In this document: positions 28,522 to 38,415 of the stretch, in pieces
Layout: each line of letters begins with the position of its first letter
Position numbering within the stretch: the first letter of the stretch is position 1
Origin: Candidatus Faecimonas gallistercoris
GTDB taxonomy: Bacteria > Bacillota_I > Bacilli_A > RF39 > UBA660
Length of the DNA: 52,789 bases
Direction of reading: 5' to 3'
Assembly (NCBI GenBank): GCA_018712565.1
Contig: DVGU01000057.1
Coordinates: 1-52,789, forward strand
Translations under genes and position numbers: made by a program
Notes under the pieces: generated by a model
Databases searched by the model: none
Seen by the model: only the letters and a program-made list of their open reading frames with translations
What the model was told of the DNA's origin: nothing

Positions 28522-30495
28522 ATGCCAATTCCTTATATTATCATTTTAGTTATAGTTGTATTAATAATTATCTTTTTATATTTTATTGAACCACTTATAA
28601 CTAGGCAGAAAATTAAAGATAATAATGAACATGGTAGTGCTAGGTGGTCAACTTTTCAAGAGATTAAAAAGAACTTTAGAAAAGAGAAGATAAATAATAT
28701 TATTGAAAGTGGTTTTCCAGTTTATTATTCAAAAGATAATAAATATGTATGGTTTGATATGACAACACCTCATTGGATTTATCTAGGATCAACTGGTAGT
28801 GGTAAAAGTGCTACTGCTGTTATTCCAGAATGTAGTTTTATAGCAACTGCTAAAAATAAAAAGAGTGTTTTTATTACTGACCCAAAGGGAGAAATTTTTT
28901 CTACAACAAGTAAGATGTTTAAAGATAATGGTTATAATGTATTTACATTGGATTTTAGAAATCCAGAATATTCTAATCATTCTAATTTACTTGAAACTGC
29001 AATAAATGAATATGAACTTTTTGATAAAAACGAGAAATTAAGTGATAAAGAAAAAAATGAAGAACTAAAAATTAAATATAAAAATGAGGCAATAACACAT
29101 TATGCTCAATGTAATCAAATAGTAAATGATATATGCACTATGATTATGGCTGATAAGACTGCAAAAGAGGCTTTTTGGAATAATAGTGCAAGTGATTTAT
29201 TATATGGTATTATTTTTTTGTTTTTAGAAGATTATGCTGATGGAAAAATTAAAAGAGAGCAAATAACATTAACATCTATGAAAAAATTTCAAAATAGTTC
29301 CATGACTGACAAAAACATAAAATCATTAAGAAAATATGTAGAGGCAAAGCCTTATGGATTTAAAAGTAAAGATAAATTGATACCAATTATTTCTACTAGC
29401 GAAAACACTTATAAAAGTATAACATCAATATTCAATGAAAGAATGACTCTGTTTGATGATGTAAATGTAGAAAATATAACATCAAATTCTGACTTTGATT
29501 TTGATATATTAGGAAAAGAGCCGACGGTATTGTATTGTTGCATACCTGATGAATCTAAAATATATTACACTTTAGTATCAGTAGTAGTATCTTTAATCTA
29601 TAAAAGATTGGTATTGTTATGTAATCAACAACCTAATAAAAAGTTACCAATCGAACTTGTATTTTTACTTGATGAATTTGCAAATACACCACCTTTACAG
29701 GACATTGAAACAATCGTATCAGTAGCTAGGAGTAGAGGAATGTATTTTCAATTTTTCTTACAAAGTTTTGCCCAACTTGATAATTTATATGGTAAAGAGG
29801 TTAGTCAAATAATACAAGATAACTGTGGACTTGCTTATTTAAAAACAAATACACAAGAAACAGCTGAAGCAATTAGTTCAAGACTTGGAACTCATGGAGT
29901 AGAAACCACCTCATTAAATTACTCTATTAGTTTACTTAATAATAATGGGAGTAAAGGCACAAGCCTTATTTCAAGAAGATTATTAACTGCTGATGAGATA
30001 AAACAATTACATTATAAAACTATTATATTCCCAACAATAGGTTATCCAATCTTTCGTGATACAGTAATTTATCAAAAGTTTAGTTGTTATAAAAAGGGAT
30101 TTATTGATAGAAAAATAAGACCACTTGAAAGACTAGCAAATACATACTATACAGTAGAACAATTAAAATTCAATAATAAAGAAAGTAATCAAGAGCCTAA
30201 ACTTGATACTGCTGAATCTAAAATTAAAACAAAGTTAGTATCAATAATAAATGAGGTATTAAAAGTCTTTGGAAAAATTGATTTTAATGTTGAATACGTT
30301 AAAGATGATGATAACATCATAGCCCAGTTGTATTTAGCACCACCATTATCAACTAACGATCTAAAAGAGTTAGAAGAATTAAGTAGTAAATTAGATTTTT
30401 TCTATAATGCTATATCAGATAAAGGAAAAGTTAATCGTAAAAATAGAAACTCATTAATTGAGGTTTTTTTAGTTAATAAAGAAAAAGAAATGTGA
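28522..30495 (+). CDS. virD4: VirD4/TraG type IV coupling protein
   Basis: N-terminal TM, HGSARW, Walker A GSTGSGKS, DPKGE, Walker B LLDEFAN, QSFAQL. Confidence 0.93.
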   Translation: MPIPYIIILVIVVLIIIFLYFIEPLITRQKIKDNNEHGSARWSTFQEIKKNFRKEKINNIIESGFPVYYSKDNKYVWFDMTTPHWIYLGSTGSGKSATAVIPECSFIATAKNKKSVFITDPKGEIFSTTSKMFKDNGYNVFTLDFRNPEYSNHSNLLETAINEYELFDKNEKLSDKEKNEELKIKYKNEAITHYAQCNQIVNDICTMIMADKTAKEAFWNNSASDLLYGIIFLFLEDYADGKIKREQITLTSMKKFQNSSMTDKNIKSLRKYVEAKPYGFKSKDKLIPIISTSENTYKSITSIFNERMTLFDDVNVENITSNSDFDFDILGKEPTVLYCCIPDESKIYYTLVSVVVSLIYKRLVLLCNQQPNKKLPIELVFLLDEFANTPPLQDIETIVSVARSRGMYFQFFLQSFAQLDNLYGKEVSQIIQDNCGLAYLKTNTQETAEAISSRLGTHGVETTSLNYSISLLNNNGSKGTSLISRRLLTADEIKQLHYKTIIFPTIGYPIFRDTVIYQKFSCYKKGFIDRKIRPLERLANTYYTVEQLKFNNKESNQEPKLDTAESKIKTKLVSIINEVLKVFGKIDFNVEYVKDDDNIIAQLYLAPPLSTNDLKELEELSSKLDFFYNAISDKGKVNRKNRNSLIEVFLVNKEKEM

Positions 30496-30509
30496 AAGAA
30501 GGTGTAGGA

Positions 30510-30986
30510 ATGACTAATATTGGAGATTATATTGCAAAAGCAAGAATAGATAAAGGCTATTCTATGAGAAAACTGGCTAGATTAAGTGGATTAGATAATG
30601 CCACAATATCTAAAATAGAATCTGGTAAAATCAAAAATCCGAAATTATCATTAATAAAAACATTATGTAGATATTTAGATATTGCTTATGAAGATTGTCT
30701 TTATGTTATGCAATTAGGTGCAACTTATAATCCTAATAACAATATTTTAATGAATTATTATAATAATATTTCTGATGATGAATTAAAAAGCACTTATAAA
30801 AATATCATAGGTAAAATAAATGAATATGATAAAATTTTATCTTATTTACACCAACAATTTAATCAAACTGATGATAAGAAATTATTGATAGATACAATAA
30901 AGTCTTATGAATATGAAAATAGAACTAATAAATATATTAGAAAAATTTTAGAAGAAAAAATACTTAATAAATATTTGAATAGTTAG
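30510..30986 (+). CDS. XRE-family HTH regulator
   Basis: [36 protein letters not shown]. Confidence 0.88.
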   Translation: MTNIGDYIAKARIDKGYSMRKLARLSGLDNATISKIESGKIKNPKLSLIKTLCRYLDIAYEDCLYVMQLGATYNPNNNILMNYYNNISDDELKSTYKNIIGKINEYDKILSYLHQQFNQTDDKKLLIDTIKSYEYENRTNKYIRKILEEKILNKYLNS

Positions 30987-30997
30987 GAGGGTTAAAA

Positions 30998-33900
30998 GTG
31001 AATAAAGAGTTTGTAAATGATTTTTTTAATATAAGAGATGAAACTTTAAAAGATATTCAAGATAATTCTTATAATTGGAATCGCTTTATTATCTACTGGT
31101 CTAAAATACTAGATGATTATAGCATTGATAATGTTCTTAACTTATATTCTTATAATTCTAGTGGTAGAGTTTTTAAGACCTTTGATGATTGGAATAGTGA
31201 GGAAATTGGTAGAAGAATAAAACCTAAAAGTAGAGGAATCCCAATAATTGTTAATGATGCAAAAATATATGTATTTGATATTAGACAAACTTATGGTAAA
31301 GAATATAGGACTTGGAATTATAATCACTATATTGATAAAGACATTTTAAATTATTATCAAGATAGTTATAATATTGAAAATGATGATAGTAAAACATTAT
31401 ATGAAAATTTTTATGATACGTTTTATGAAATATCATTAAATCAAATAATGAATAATTATAAAACAATGTCATCAGATGAAGTGGAGTTCGTTGCTAAAAC
31501 AATGACTTCACTTTTTTTAGCAAAATCTAATTTTAATATAAATAATCTTCCAACAGTTTATGAAATGCTGGAAAATATGGAAACTGACGATATTTTAAAG
31601 TGTATGCAGATAGCCAATAAAGAAACTGCAAACATATATAATGATTTTATAGAGAAAACTGATAATCTTATTTCCATACAAAATGTTATTCGGGAAAATG
31701 TACTTAATCAATTTAAAGAAGATACATTTATAAGTGAAGAACAAAAGCAGAACTTTATATCATCAATAGAACGAAATTCATTCTTTAATAGTGAGCATAT
31801 TGAAAATATCTATAATGGATATGTTACTAGATATGAACGTGCTTTTAAGAAAATGGTAAATAATATTGTTGATGAAATAACTACTGAAAGCAATGTAGAA
31901 AGTATTAAAGAAACTAAAGTTGATGATAGTGAGGAGATTAATACTGATACATCTTCAATAAGTGATGAAGAAAATGTTAGAGAACAAATGTCATTATTTG
32001 CACCTAGAGAAGAAGAACTCGCAAATAAAATATGTGATATTTTCAATTCTTTTGATACAAAATACCAAAATACATTTGAAATTAATAATGTGGAATTACA
32101 AAAGTGGGAACATATTAAAAGTAAAAAGAGAAATTTATCTATTATTTTAACAAGTTCTTTGATAGGAGAGTTTGCAGATAGAGATAATAGTTTTACTTAT
32201 TTTAATAGTGATAAAACTGATGAAATAAAGTTAAATAATAGTATTGCAAATAATTATTTTTTACAAGAATTATATAAAGATAAAGATTTTTCAATATCAT
32301 TTACTCCTAGTATGATTCATATATTTTGGCATAACTTTGATGATAAAACTTTTGATATGAATATTCCTAGTACAAAACTAGTAGATCAAAGTGAGATAGA
32401 TAATCAAGAGTTAGAAAAAATTGATGATGAAATATCTGCAATTAATAACGATAAAGAAATTGATTATAAAGTAACAACAGCTGAAATAATACCTACTCAT
32501 GATGGTGTTGAAACTAATGTTATAGAAAAACATACTTATAATACTGTTGGAGAAGAAATAGAAGAATATCCTAAAGTTAATTATCATATTGCTGATGATA
32601 AAACTGATACAAGTTTTGGTGCAAAATCGAGATTTGAAGATAACGTCAAAGCAATAGAATTATTAAAAAAGTTAGAAACCGAAAATAGGAATGCAACTAA
32701 AGAAGAACAAGATGTTTTAGCACGATATGTTGGTTGGGGTGGAATTGCTGATGCTTTTGATGAAAGAAAAGAAAACTGGAAGAGTGAGAGAGAAAGATTA
32801 AAATTACTTTTAAGTGATGAAGAATATAAATCAGCATCTCATTCTACATTATCTTCTTTTTATACTCCAAATGTTGCGATAGATGGAATATATAAAGCCT
32901 TAAAACAATTTGGTTTTGAAAAAGGTAATATTTTAGAGCCTAGTTGTGGTATTGGAAATTTCTTTGGTAGATTACCTAATGAATTTGCAAACTCTAAATT
33001 ATATGGAATAGAGTTAGATAGTATAAGTGGTAGAATTGCTAAAAAACTTTATCCTAATGCAAAAATAGAAATAAGTGGTTATGAAGAATCAAAAGTTAGT
33101 GATGACTTATTTGATGTAGCAGTTGGTAATGTTCCTTTTGGTAGTAATACAGTTTATGATAGAAGATACAAAGATAAGTTTTTAATCCATGATTATTTCT
33201 TCCAAAAGACATTAGATAAAGTTAGAGATGGAGGAATAATCGCTTTTATAACAACTGATGGAACTCTTGATAAAAAAGATACAAAGGTAAGAGAATACAT
33301 TGCAAAAAGGGCAGAGTTTTTAGGTGCAATAAGATTACCAAATAATATGTTTACAGATAATGCCAATGCTAAAGTTACATCGGATATTATTTTCCTAAAG
33401 AAACGTGATGAATTAAAACATGATGTAAGTGATGAAAGTTGGATTTATACAAGTGAATATGATGATGGAATAACAATTAATAATTATTATATTGATAATC
33501 CTGATATGATGCTTGGTAAAATGGAATTGCATTCAACTGCTTATGGTTTTGACAATACATTAAGTCCAGTAGATGAAGATATTAATGTTTTAATGAATAA
33601 AGCATTAGAAAAGTTACCAACTAATAACTATGAACAAACTACTTTTATTCAAAACGAAGATAATGATTACGAGGTACTTGATGCTGATGATAGTGTTAAG
33701 AATAATGCTTTTGTTATTATAAATCAAGATGGTAAAGATATAATTTATCAAAGGTCTTTTTCTAGTTTAGTTCCTTATTCTATTCAAGAGGGAATGGTAG
33801 CAAAAAGAATAATTGGTCTTTGCAAGGTAAAGAATGCTTTACGAGAAGTCTTTGATGTACAACTTAATGATGGCAGTGATGAAGAACTATCTTCAGCACA

Positions 33901-36900
33901 AGAAAAATTAAGTAAAGTGTATGATGAATTTTATAAAAAGTATGGTTATATAAATGATAGTGTAAACGCAAGAGCCTTTGATAGTGATCCAGATTATTAT
34001 TTGCTTACATCTATTGAAAATAAAATTAGTAAAGATGATGAAGAAAATGATAAACCTAAATATGAAAAAGGAGATGTATTTACAAAGAGAACTATCAGAA
34101 AAAGTAAAAAGATAACAAGTGCAGAAAATGCTGAAGAAGCATTAAGGTATTCACTTAACAATCGTGGGTGTGTTGATTTTGAATATATGAAAACATTATA
34201 TCCAAAAGAGGAAAGTGAAATCATTGATGAACTTGATAATTTAATTTATCAAGATCCTGAAAAGATAAATGATTTTAATTATGGTTGGGTAATAGCCAGT
34301 GAATATTTAAGTGGTAATGTAAAACAAAAATTAAATTATGCTAAAACAGTTAATGAGGATAATAAGTTTGATAGGAATATAGAGGCACTTGAAAGAGTAC
34401 AACCTAGACCACTTGAATATGATGAAATAAGTATTAAATTAGGCTCTACTTGGATACCAGAAGATGTATATCATGAGTTTTGCTGTGAACTTTTAGATAT
34501 TCCTAGTTGGAATAAGAGTCAACTAAAGATTAAATATGCAAAAGAGGTCAATACTTGGTTATTTCAAGCTAGTGGCTTATATGGATATGGAGTAAAAAAT
34601 ACAAGCACGTGGGGAACAGATAGAGCAGATGCTTTATCTTTAATTAAAAACTCTTTAAATCTACAAAGTGTAACTGTTTATGATAAGTTAGAAGATGAAA
34701 GGCGAGTTGTAAATCCAGTAGAAACTGCTAATGCTAGAGAAAAACAAGAGGCAATAAAGCAAGAGTTTAAAGAATGGATTTGGAAAGATGAAGATAGAAG
34801 AAATAGACTTGTAAAATTATACAATGAACAATTTAATTGTATGAAAGAAAGAGAATATGATGGTAGTCATTTAACTTTTGATGGTATGAATCCAAATATA
34901 GAACTTCGACCACATCAAAAAAATGCAGTTGCTCGTGTTTTATATGGTGGTAATACTTTACTTGCTCATGCAGTTGGTGCTGGTAAAACTTATGAATGTA
35001 TTGCTAGTGCAATGGAATTAAAGAGATTAGGTATAGTTAGTAAGCCAATGTTTGTTGTGCCGAATCATTTGTTAGGTCAATGGGCTAATGAAATTTTAAA
35101 ATTATATCCTACTGCGAATATATTAGTTGCAACACAAAAAGATTTTGAAAAAACAAGAAGAAAAAAACTTATGGGAAAAATAGCGACAGGAGAATGGGAT
35201 GCAGTTTTAATTGCTCACTCTAGTTTTGGATTAATTCCTATGAGTAAAGAGTATGAACAAAAACACATGGAAGGACAAATAGAAGAAGTAGTTAATGCGA
35301 TTGAAAGAATAAAAGCAGAAACTAATGATAGTTTAAGTGTAAAGAAACTAGAACAAATTAAAACTAGCATGGATACCAAACTAAAATCGTTAATTGATAG
35401 ACCAAAAGATGATGTGGTAACATTTGAAGAATTAGGTGTCGATGAATTAATTGTTGATGAGGCACACTTGTTTAAAAACTTACCTATGTTTTCTAAAATA
35501 AGAAATGTTGCTGGAATAAATAATAGTGAATCTAAAAAAGCAACAGATTTATTTATGAAGATAAGTTATGTATTAGAAAATAATGGTGGTAAAGGTGCAG
35601 TATTTGCAACTGGTACTCCTATTTCAAACTCCATGGGAGAACTATTTGTTATGCAAAAGTATTTGCAACTTGATAGATTGCGAGAAATGGGACTTGAACA
35701 TTTTGATGAGTGGGCATCAACTTTTGGAGAAATTGTTAATAGTTTTGAAATCGCTCCTGATGGTAGTGGTTTTAGAACAAAAGCAAGATTTGCTCAATTC
35801 TTTAATATTCCAGAATTAATGACTTTATTTAAAGAAATTGCTGATATTCAAACATCTAAAATGTTAGATCTACCAGTTCCTAAATTAAAAGGTGGAGATT
35901 ATAAAACAGTAGTTGCTCCAAAAAGTGATGAACTTGCTGAATATGTTAATAAGTTAGCAGAACGTAGTGAAATTATTAGGAATGGTTGTGATCCAAGGGA
36001 TGATAATATGCTTTTAGTAACCAATGATGGTAGAAAAGCAGCACTCGATTTAAGAATGATAGATCCTAGTATGCCAGATTTACCTAACTCAAAAATAAAT
36101 ATGGCAGTAGAAAACATTTATAGAATATGGTTAGAAAACAAAGATGACAAGTTAACGCAACTTGTCTTTTGTGATTTATCTACTCCTAAAAATGATGGTA
36201 CTTTTAATGTTTATGATGATATTAAAAACAAACTTATTGCTAGAGGAGTACCAGCAGATGAAATTGAGTATATTCATAACGCAAAAACTAATCCTCAAAA
36301 ATTAAAACTTTTTGAAGATATGCGAAATGGAACAAAAAGAATTTTAATAGGATCAACTTCTAAAATGGGAGCAGGAATGAATGTTCAAGATAAATTAATT
36401 GCTTTACATCATTTAGACTGTCCATGGCGACCATCTGATATTGAACAACGTGAAGGAAGGATTTTAAGACAAGGTAATCAAAATGATGAAGTGGAAATAT
36501 ATCGTTATGTTACTGAAGGTAGTTTTGATGCGTATTCTTATCAATTAATTCAAACGAAATCTACTTTTATTAATCAAATAATGTCTAACAGTAATGGTGG
36601 TGGAAGAACTGCTGAAGATTTAGATAGAGATACACTCACTTATGCAGAGGTTAAAGCTCTTGCTAGTGGGAATCCTTTGATTTTAGAAAAGTTTAAAGTA
36701 GAAAATGAATTAAAACAATTATACTTATCTAAAAGTAGATATGATAAATCACATATTGAACTTGAGGCAAAATATAATACAGAATTACCACGTAAATTAA
36801 AATATCAAAAGCAATATTTAAGTGGTCTTGAAGAAGATGTAAAAAATGTCAAAGATTTGTCTGCAGATAATTTTGTAATTACTATTAAAGATAAAATTTA

Positions 36901-37345
36901 TGATTCTAGGAAAGAGGCTAGTACAAAATTTTATGAAAGTTTTTCTCTTTTAAAGTCTAGAGAAGAAACTAAAATTGGAGAAATAAGTGGTTTTGATATT
37001 ATTGGTACTAAAGATGAGTTATGGTATAAACCAGTTATTTATATACAAGGTGCTGGAAAGTATAAAGTTGAAATTAGTAATACTGATGAAATAGGTAATA
37101 TTTTAAAATTAGAAAATATGCTAAAAAGTTTTGAAAATAAAATTGGTACTGCTAAAGAACAAATCGCTTATACTGAAAAACAACTTATAGATGTTAAAGA
37201 GGAACTTGATAAACCATTTACACAAAAAGATAGAATTAAAGAATTACAAAAAGAAAAAGCAAGAATTGATAGTGAACTTGATTTAGATAAGCAGGAAAAC
37301 AATAGAAGTGTTGAGAAAACAACTGAAGAAGAATTAGAAAGATAA
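30998..37345 (+). CDS. ArdC-N-like domain + N6-adenine methyltransferase + SNF2 helicase (DarB-like), ending EELER
   Basis: N-terminal YS..N...W...GRRIK..SRGIPI...YVFDIRQT; [10 protein letters not shown] and GNVPF; [26 protein letters not shown]. Confidence 0.92.
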   Translation: MNKEFVNDFFNIRDETLKDIQDNSYNWNRFIIYWSKILDDYSIDNVLNLYSYNSSGRVFKTFDDWNSEEIGRRIKPKSRGIPIIVNDAKIYVFDIRQTYGKEYRTWNYNHYIDKDILNYYQDSYNIENDDSKTLYENFYDTFYEISLNQIMNNYKTMSSDEVEFVAKTMTSLFLAKSNFNINNLPTVYEMLENMETDDILKCMQIANKETANIYNDFIEKTDNLISIQNVIRENVLNQFKEDTFISEEQKQNFISSIERNSFFNSEHIENIYNGYVTRYERAFKKMVNNIVDEITTESNVESIKETKVDDSEEINTDTSSISDEENVREQMSLFAPREEELANKICDIFNSFDTKYQNTFEINNVELQKWEHIKSKKRNLSIILTSSLIGEFADRDNSFTYFNSDKTDEIKLNNSIANNYFLQELYKDKDFSISFTPSMIHIFWHNFDDKTFDMNIPSTKLVDQSEIDNQELEKIDDEISAINNDKEIDYKVTTAEIIPTHDGVETNVIEKHTYNTVGEEIEEYPKVNYHIADDKTDTSFGAKSRFEDNVKAIELLKKLETENRNATKEEQDVLARYVGWGGIADAFDERKENWKSERERLKLLLSDEEYKSASHSTLSSFYTPNVAIDGIYKALKQFGFEKGNILEPSCGIGNFFGRLPNEFANSKLYGIELDSISGRIAKKLYPNAKIEISGYEESKVSDDLFDVAVGNVPFGSNTVYDRRYKDKFLIHDYFFQKTLDKVRDGGIIAFITTDGTLDKKDTKVREYIAKRAEFLGAIRLPNNMFTDNANAKVTSDIIFLKKRDELKHDVSDESWIYTSEYDDGITINNYYIDNPDMMLGKMELHSTAYGFDNTLSPVDEDINVLMNKALEKLPTNNYEQTTFIQNEDNDYEVLDADDSVKNNAFVIINQDGKDIIYQRSFSSLVPYSIQEGMVAKRIIGLCKVKNALREVFDVQLNDGSDEELSSAQEKLSKVYDEFYKKYGYINDSVNARAFDSDPDYYLLTSIENKISKDDEENDKPKYEKGDVFTKRTIRKSKKITSAENAEEALRYSLNNRGCVDFEYMKTLYPKEESEIIDELDNLIYQDPEKINDFNYGWVIASEYLSGNVKQKLNYAKTVNEDNKFDRNIEALERVQPRPLEYDEISIKLGSTWIPEDVYHEFCCELLDIPSWNKSQLKIKYAKEVNTWLFQASGLYGYGVKNTSTWGTDRADALSLIKNSLNLQSVTVYDKLEDERRVVNPVETANAREKQEAIKQEFKEWIWKDEDRRNRLVKLYNEQFNCMKEREYDGSHLTFDGMNPNIELRPHQKNAVARVLYGGNTLLAHAVGAGKTYECIASAMELKRLGIVSKPMFVVPNHLLGQWANEILKLYPTANILVATQKDFEKTRRKKLMGKIATGEWDAVLIAHSSFGLIPMSKEYEQKHMEGQIEEVVNAIERIKAETNDSLSVKKLEQIKTSMDTKLKSLIDRPKDDVVTFEELGVDELIVDEAHLFKNLPMFSKIRNVAGINNSESKKATDLFMKISYVLENNGGKGAVFATGTPISNSMGELFVMQKYLQLDRLREMGLEHFDEWASTFGEIVNSFEIAPDGSGFRTKARFAQFFNIPELMTLFKEIADIQTSKMLDLPVPKLKGGDYKTVVAPKSDELAEYVNKLAERSEIIRNGCDPRDDNMLLVTNDGRKAALDLRMIDPSMPDLPNSKINMAVENIYRIWLENKDDKLTQLVFCDLSTPKNDGTFNVYDDIKNKLIARGVPADEIEYIHNAKTNPQKLKLFEDMRNGTKRILIGSTSKMGAGMNVQDKLIALHHLDCPWRPSDIEQREGRILRQGNQNDEVEIYRYVTEGSFDAYSYQLIQTKSTFINQIMSNSNGGGRTAEDLDRDTLTYAEVKALASGNPLILEKFKVENELKQLYLSKSRYDKSHIELEAKYNTELPRKLKYQKQYLSGLEEDVKNVKDLSADNFVITIKDKIYDSRKEASTKFYESFSLLKSREETKIGEISGFDIIGTKDELWYKPVIYIQGAGKYKVEISNTDEIGNILKLENMLKSFENKIGTAKEQIAYTEKQLIDVKEELDKPFTQKDRIKELQKEKARIDSELDLDKQENNRSVEKTTEEELER

Positions 37346-37355
37346 TTTTTTTTGC

Positions 37356-37395
37356 AAAAAACACTTGCATAATTTCTTTTTTTAAGTGATAAATA
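37356..37395 (+). repeat. 40-bp promoter-like element, copy 2 (upstream of recombination module)
   Basis: 36/40 identical to 12146-12185. Confidence 0.8.
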
Positions 37396-37545
37396 AATCG
37401 AAGAAAAAATGCTATATAACTACTTTAATTTCTTTAAATTTAGTTTTAATGCAAAGCGTTGAATAGTTATAAGCATAAAAATAAAAAGTCTGTTAAAAGG
37501 GCTAAAACAGGCTTTGGTAGTAATATGTATGGGAGGAATGATAAT

Positions 37546-38049
37546 ATGTATATTACTAATACGACAGAACAAGTCGTAAAATTAATTGAACAGTTAGAAA
37601 TTAAGTCTGATTTGACTAAATTGAAATTTTTGATTTATATATTTGATTTATTAAATAATAACCAAATAAATGATAAAAATGAGGTTAATCCAGATTTAAT
37701 TGATGATGGTGAATTAAAGATATTTAATTTTGAAGTGATTGGATTATCTCCAAACGCAGGTAATCTTTTATTACAGTATTTTGCTATGCTTTATAATGGT
37801 ATGACTGATAGTAAAGATGCGTATGAAGATAATGGAAATATTTTAGGTATTAATTGTGATAAAACTGATAAAGAATTTGCATCTAAATTTGAAAGACTAG
37901 ATTTTAATGAAAAATTAGATGTGTTTAGTGAGATAATAATTAGATATGATAATGAAACTTACTTTAATGAAAAGACTTTAGTATTGTCGCTTGATTCAAA
38001 GTTAAGTGGATATGATATTGCAAAACAAATTCAAAATTTTAAAAATTAA
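37546..38049 (+). CDS. Hypothetical protein
   Basis: GGGAGGA RBS before ATG at 37546; the upstream part of the track ORF is hairpin-rich leader. Confidence 0.75.
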   Translation: MYITNTTEQVVKLIEQLEIKSDLTKLKFLIYIFDLLNNNQINDKNEVNPDLIDDGELKIFNFEVIGLSPNAGNLLLQYFAMLYNGMTDSKDAYEDNGNILGINCDKTDKEFASKFERLDFNEKLDVFSEIIIRYDNETYFNEKTLVLSLDSKLSGYDIAKQIQNFKN

Positions 38050-38073
38050 GATTATATGTATCTATAAATTGTT

Positions 38074-38187
38074 ATTTGAAAACTTAATATTCTAAATAAT
38101 GATTTGCAAGGTGTATTCTCTTTCATTAAGAAAATATTGAGTTTCAAATTACGATAAATTAATGGAACTCAATAGAGTTCTTTTTTT
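38074..38187 (+). promoter_or_regulatory. Attenuator-like RNA switch with terminator
   Basis: Alternative stems 38074-38091/38133-38149 and 38135-38145/38164-38174, and terminator GAACTC-AATA-GAGTTC-T7. Confidence 0.6.
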
Positions 38188-38225
38188 GTGACTTTAATAA
38201 TATTCTTAATGGAAGGGAGATAAAA

Positions 38226-38396
38226 ATGATAAATTCTAGTGAACAACTTAATTATGAAGTGGAATTAATTTTAAATGAAAATTTATATAAAAAGAAAATA
38301 ATTACAGAAGACGTTTATAAAAAAGTTAATGAAAGATTGCTTAAATTAATAGAAATATATAAAACAAAAAATAAACCTATTAATGATAGTGGTTAA
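38226..38396 (+). CDS. 56-aa SHOCT-like protein, candidate recombination directionality factor
   Basis: GGAAGGGAG RBS; LNENLYKKKIITEDVYKKVNERL; directly upstream of the recombinase. RDF role is inference. Confidence 0.65.
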   Translation: MINSSEQLNYEVELILNENLYKKKIITEDVYKKVNERLLKLIEIYKTKNKPINDSG

Positions 38397-38415
38397 TAGG
38401 TAGAAAGGAGACATT

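Noticed and set aside
16986-28524. 23-bp junction repeats or GGTAGCCAC repeats as CRISPR or integron attC arrays
   Set aside because: No regular spacers, no cas genes, no tyrosine integrase, no attC-like palindromes.
30478-30517. VirD4 ends KEKEM, close to EMER
   Set aside because: Deleting one base gives EMERRCRND-stop, not a terminal ER, and there is no homopolymer at that base to justify a repair.
37459-37545. N-terminal extension of the 37459 ORF
   Set aside because: It forms two hairpins and the good RBS precedes ATG 37546; treated as leader.
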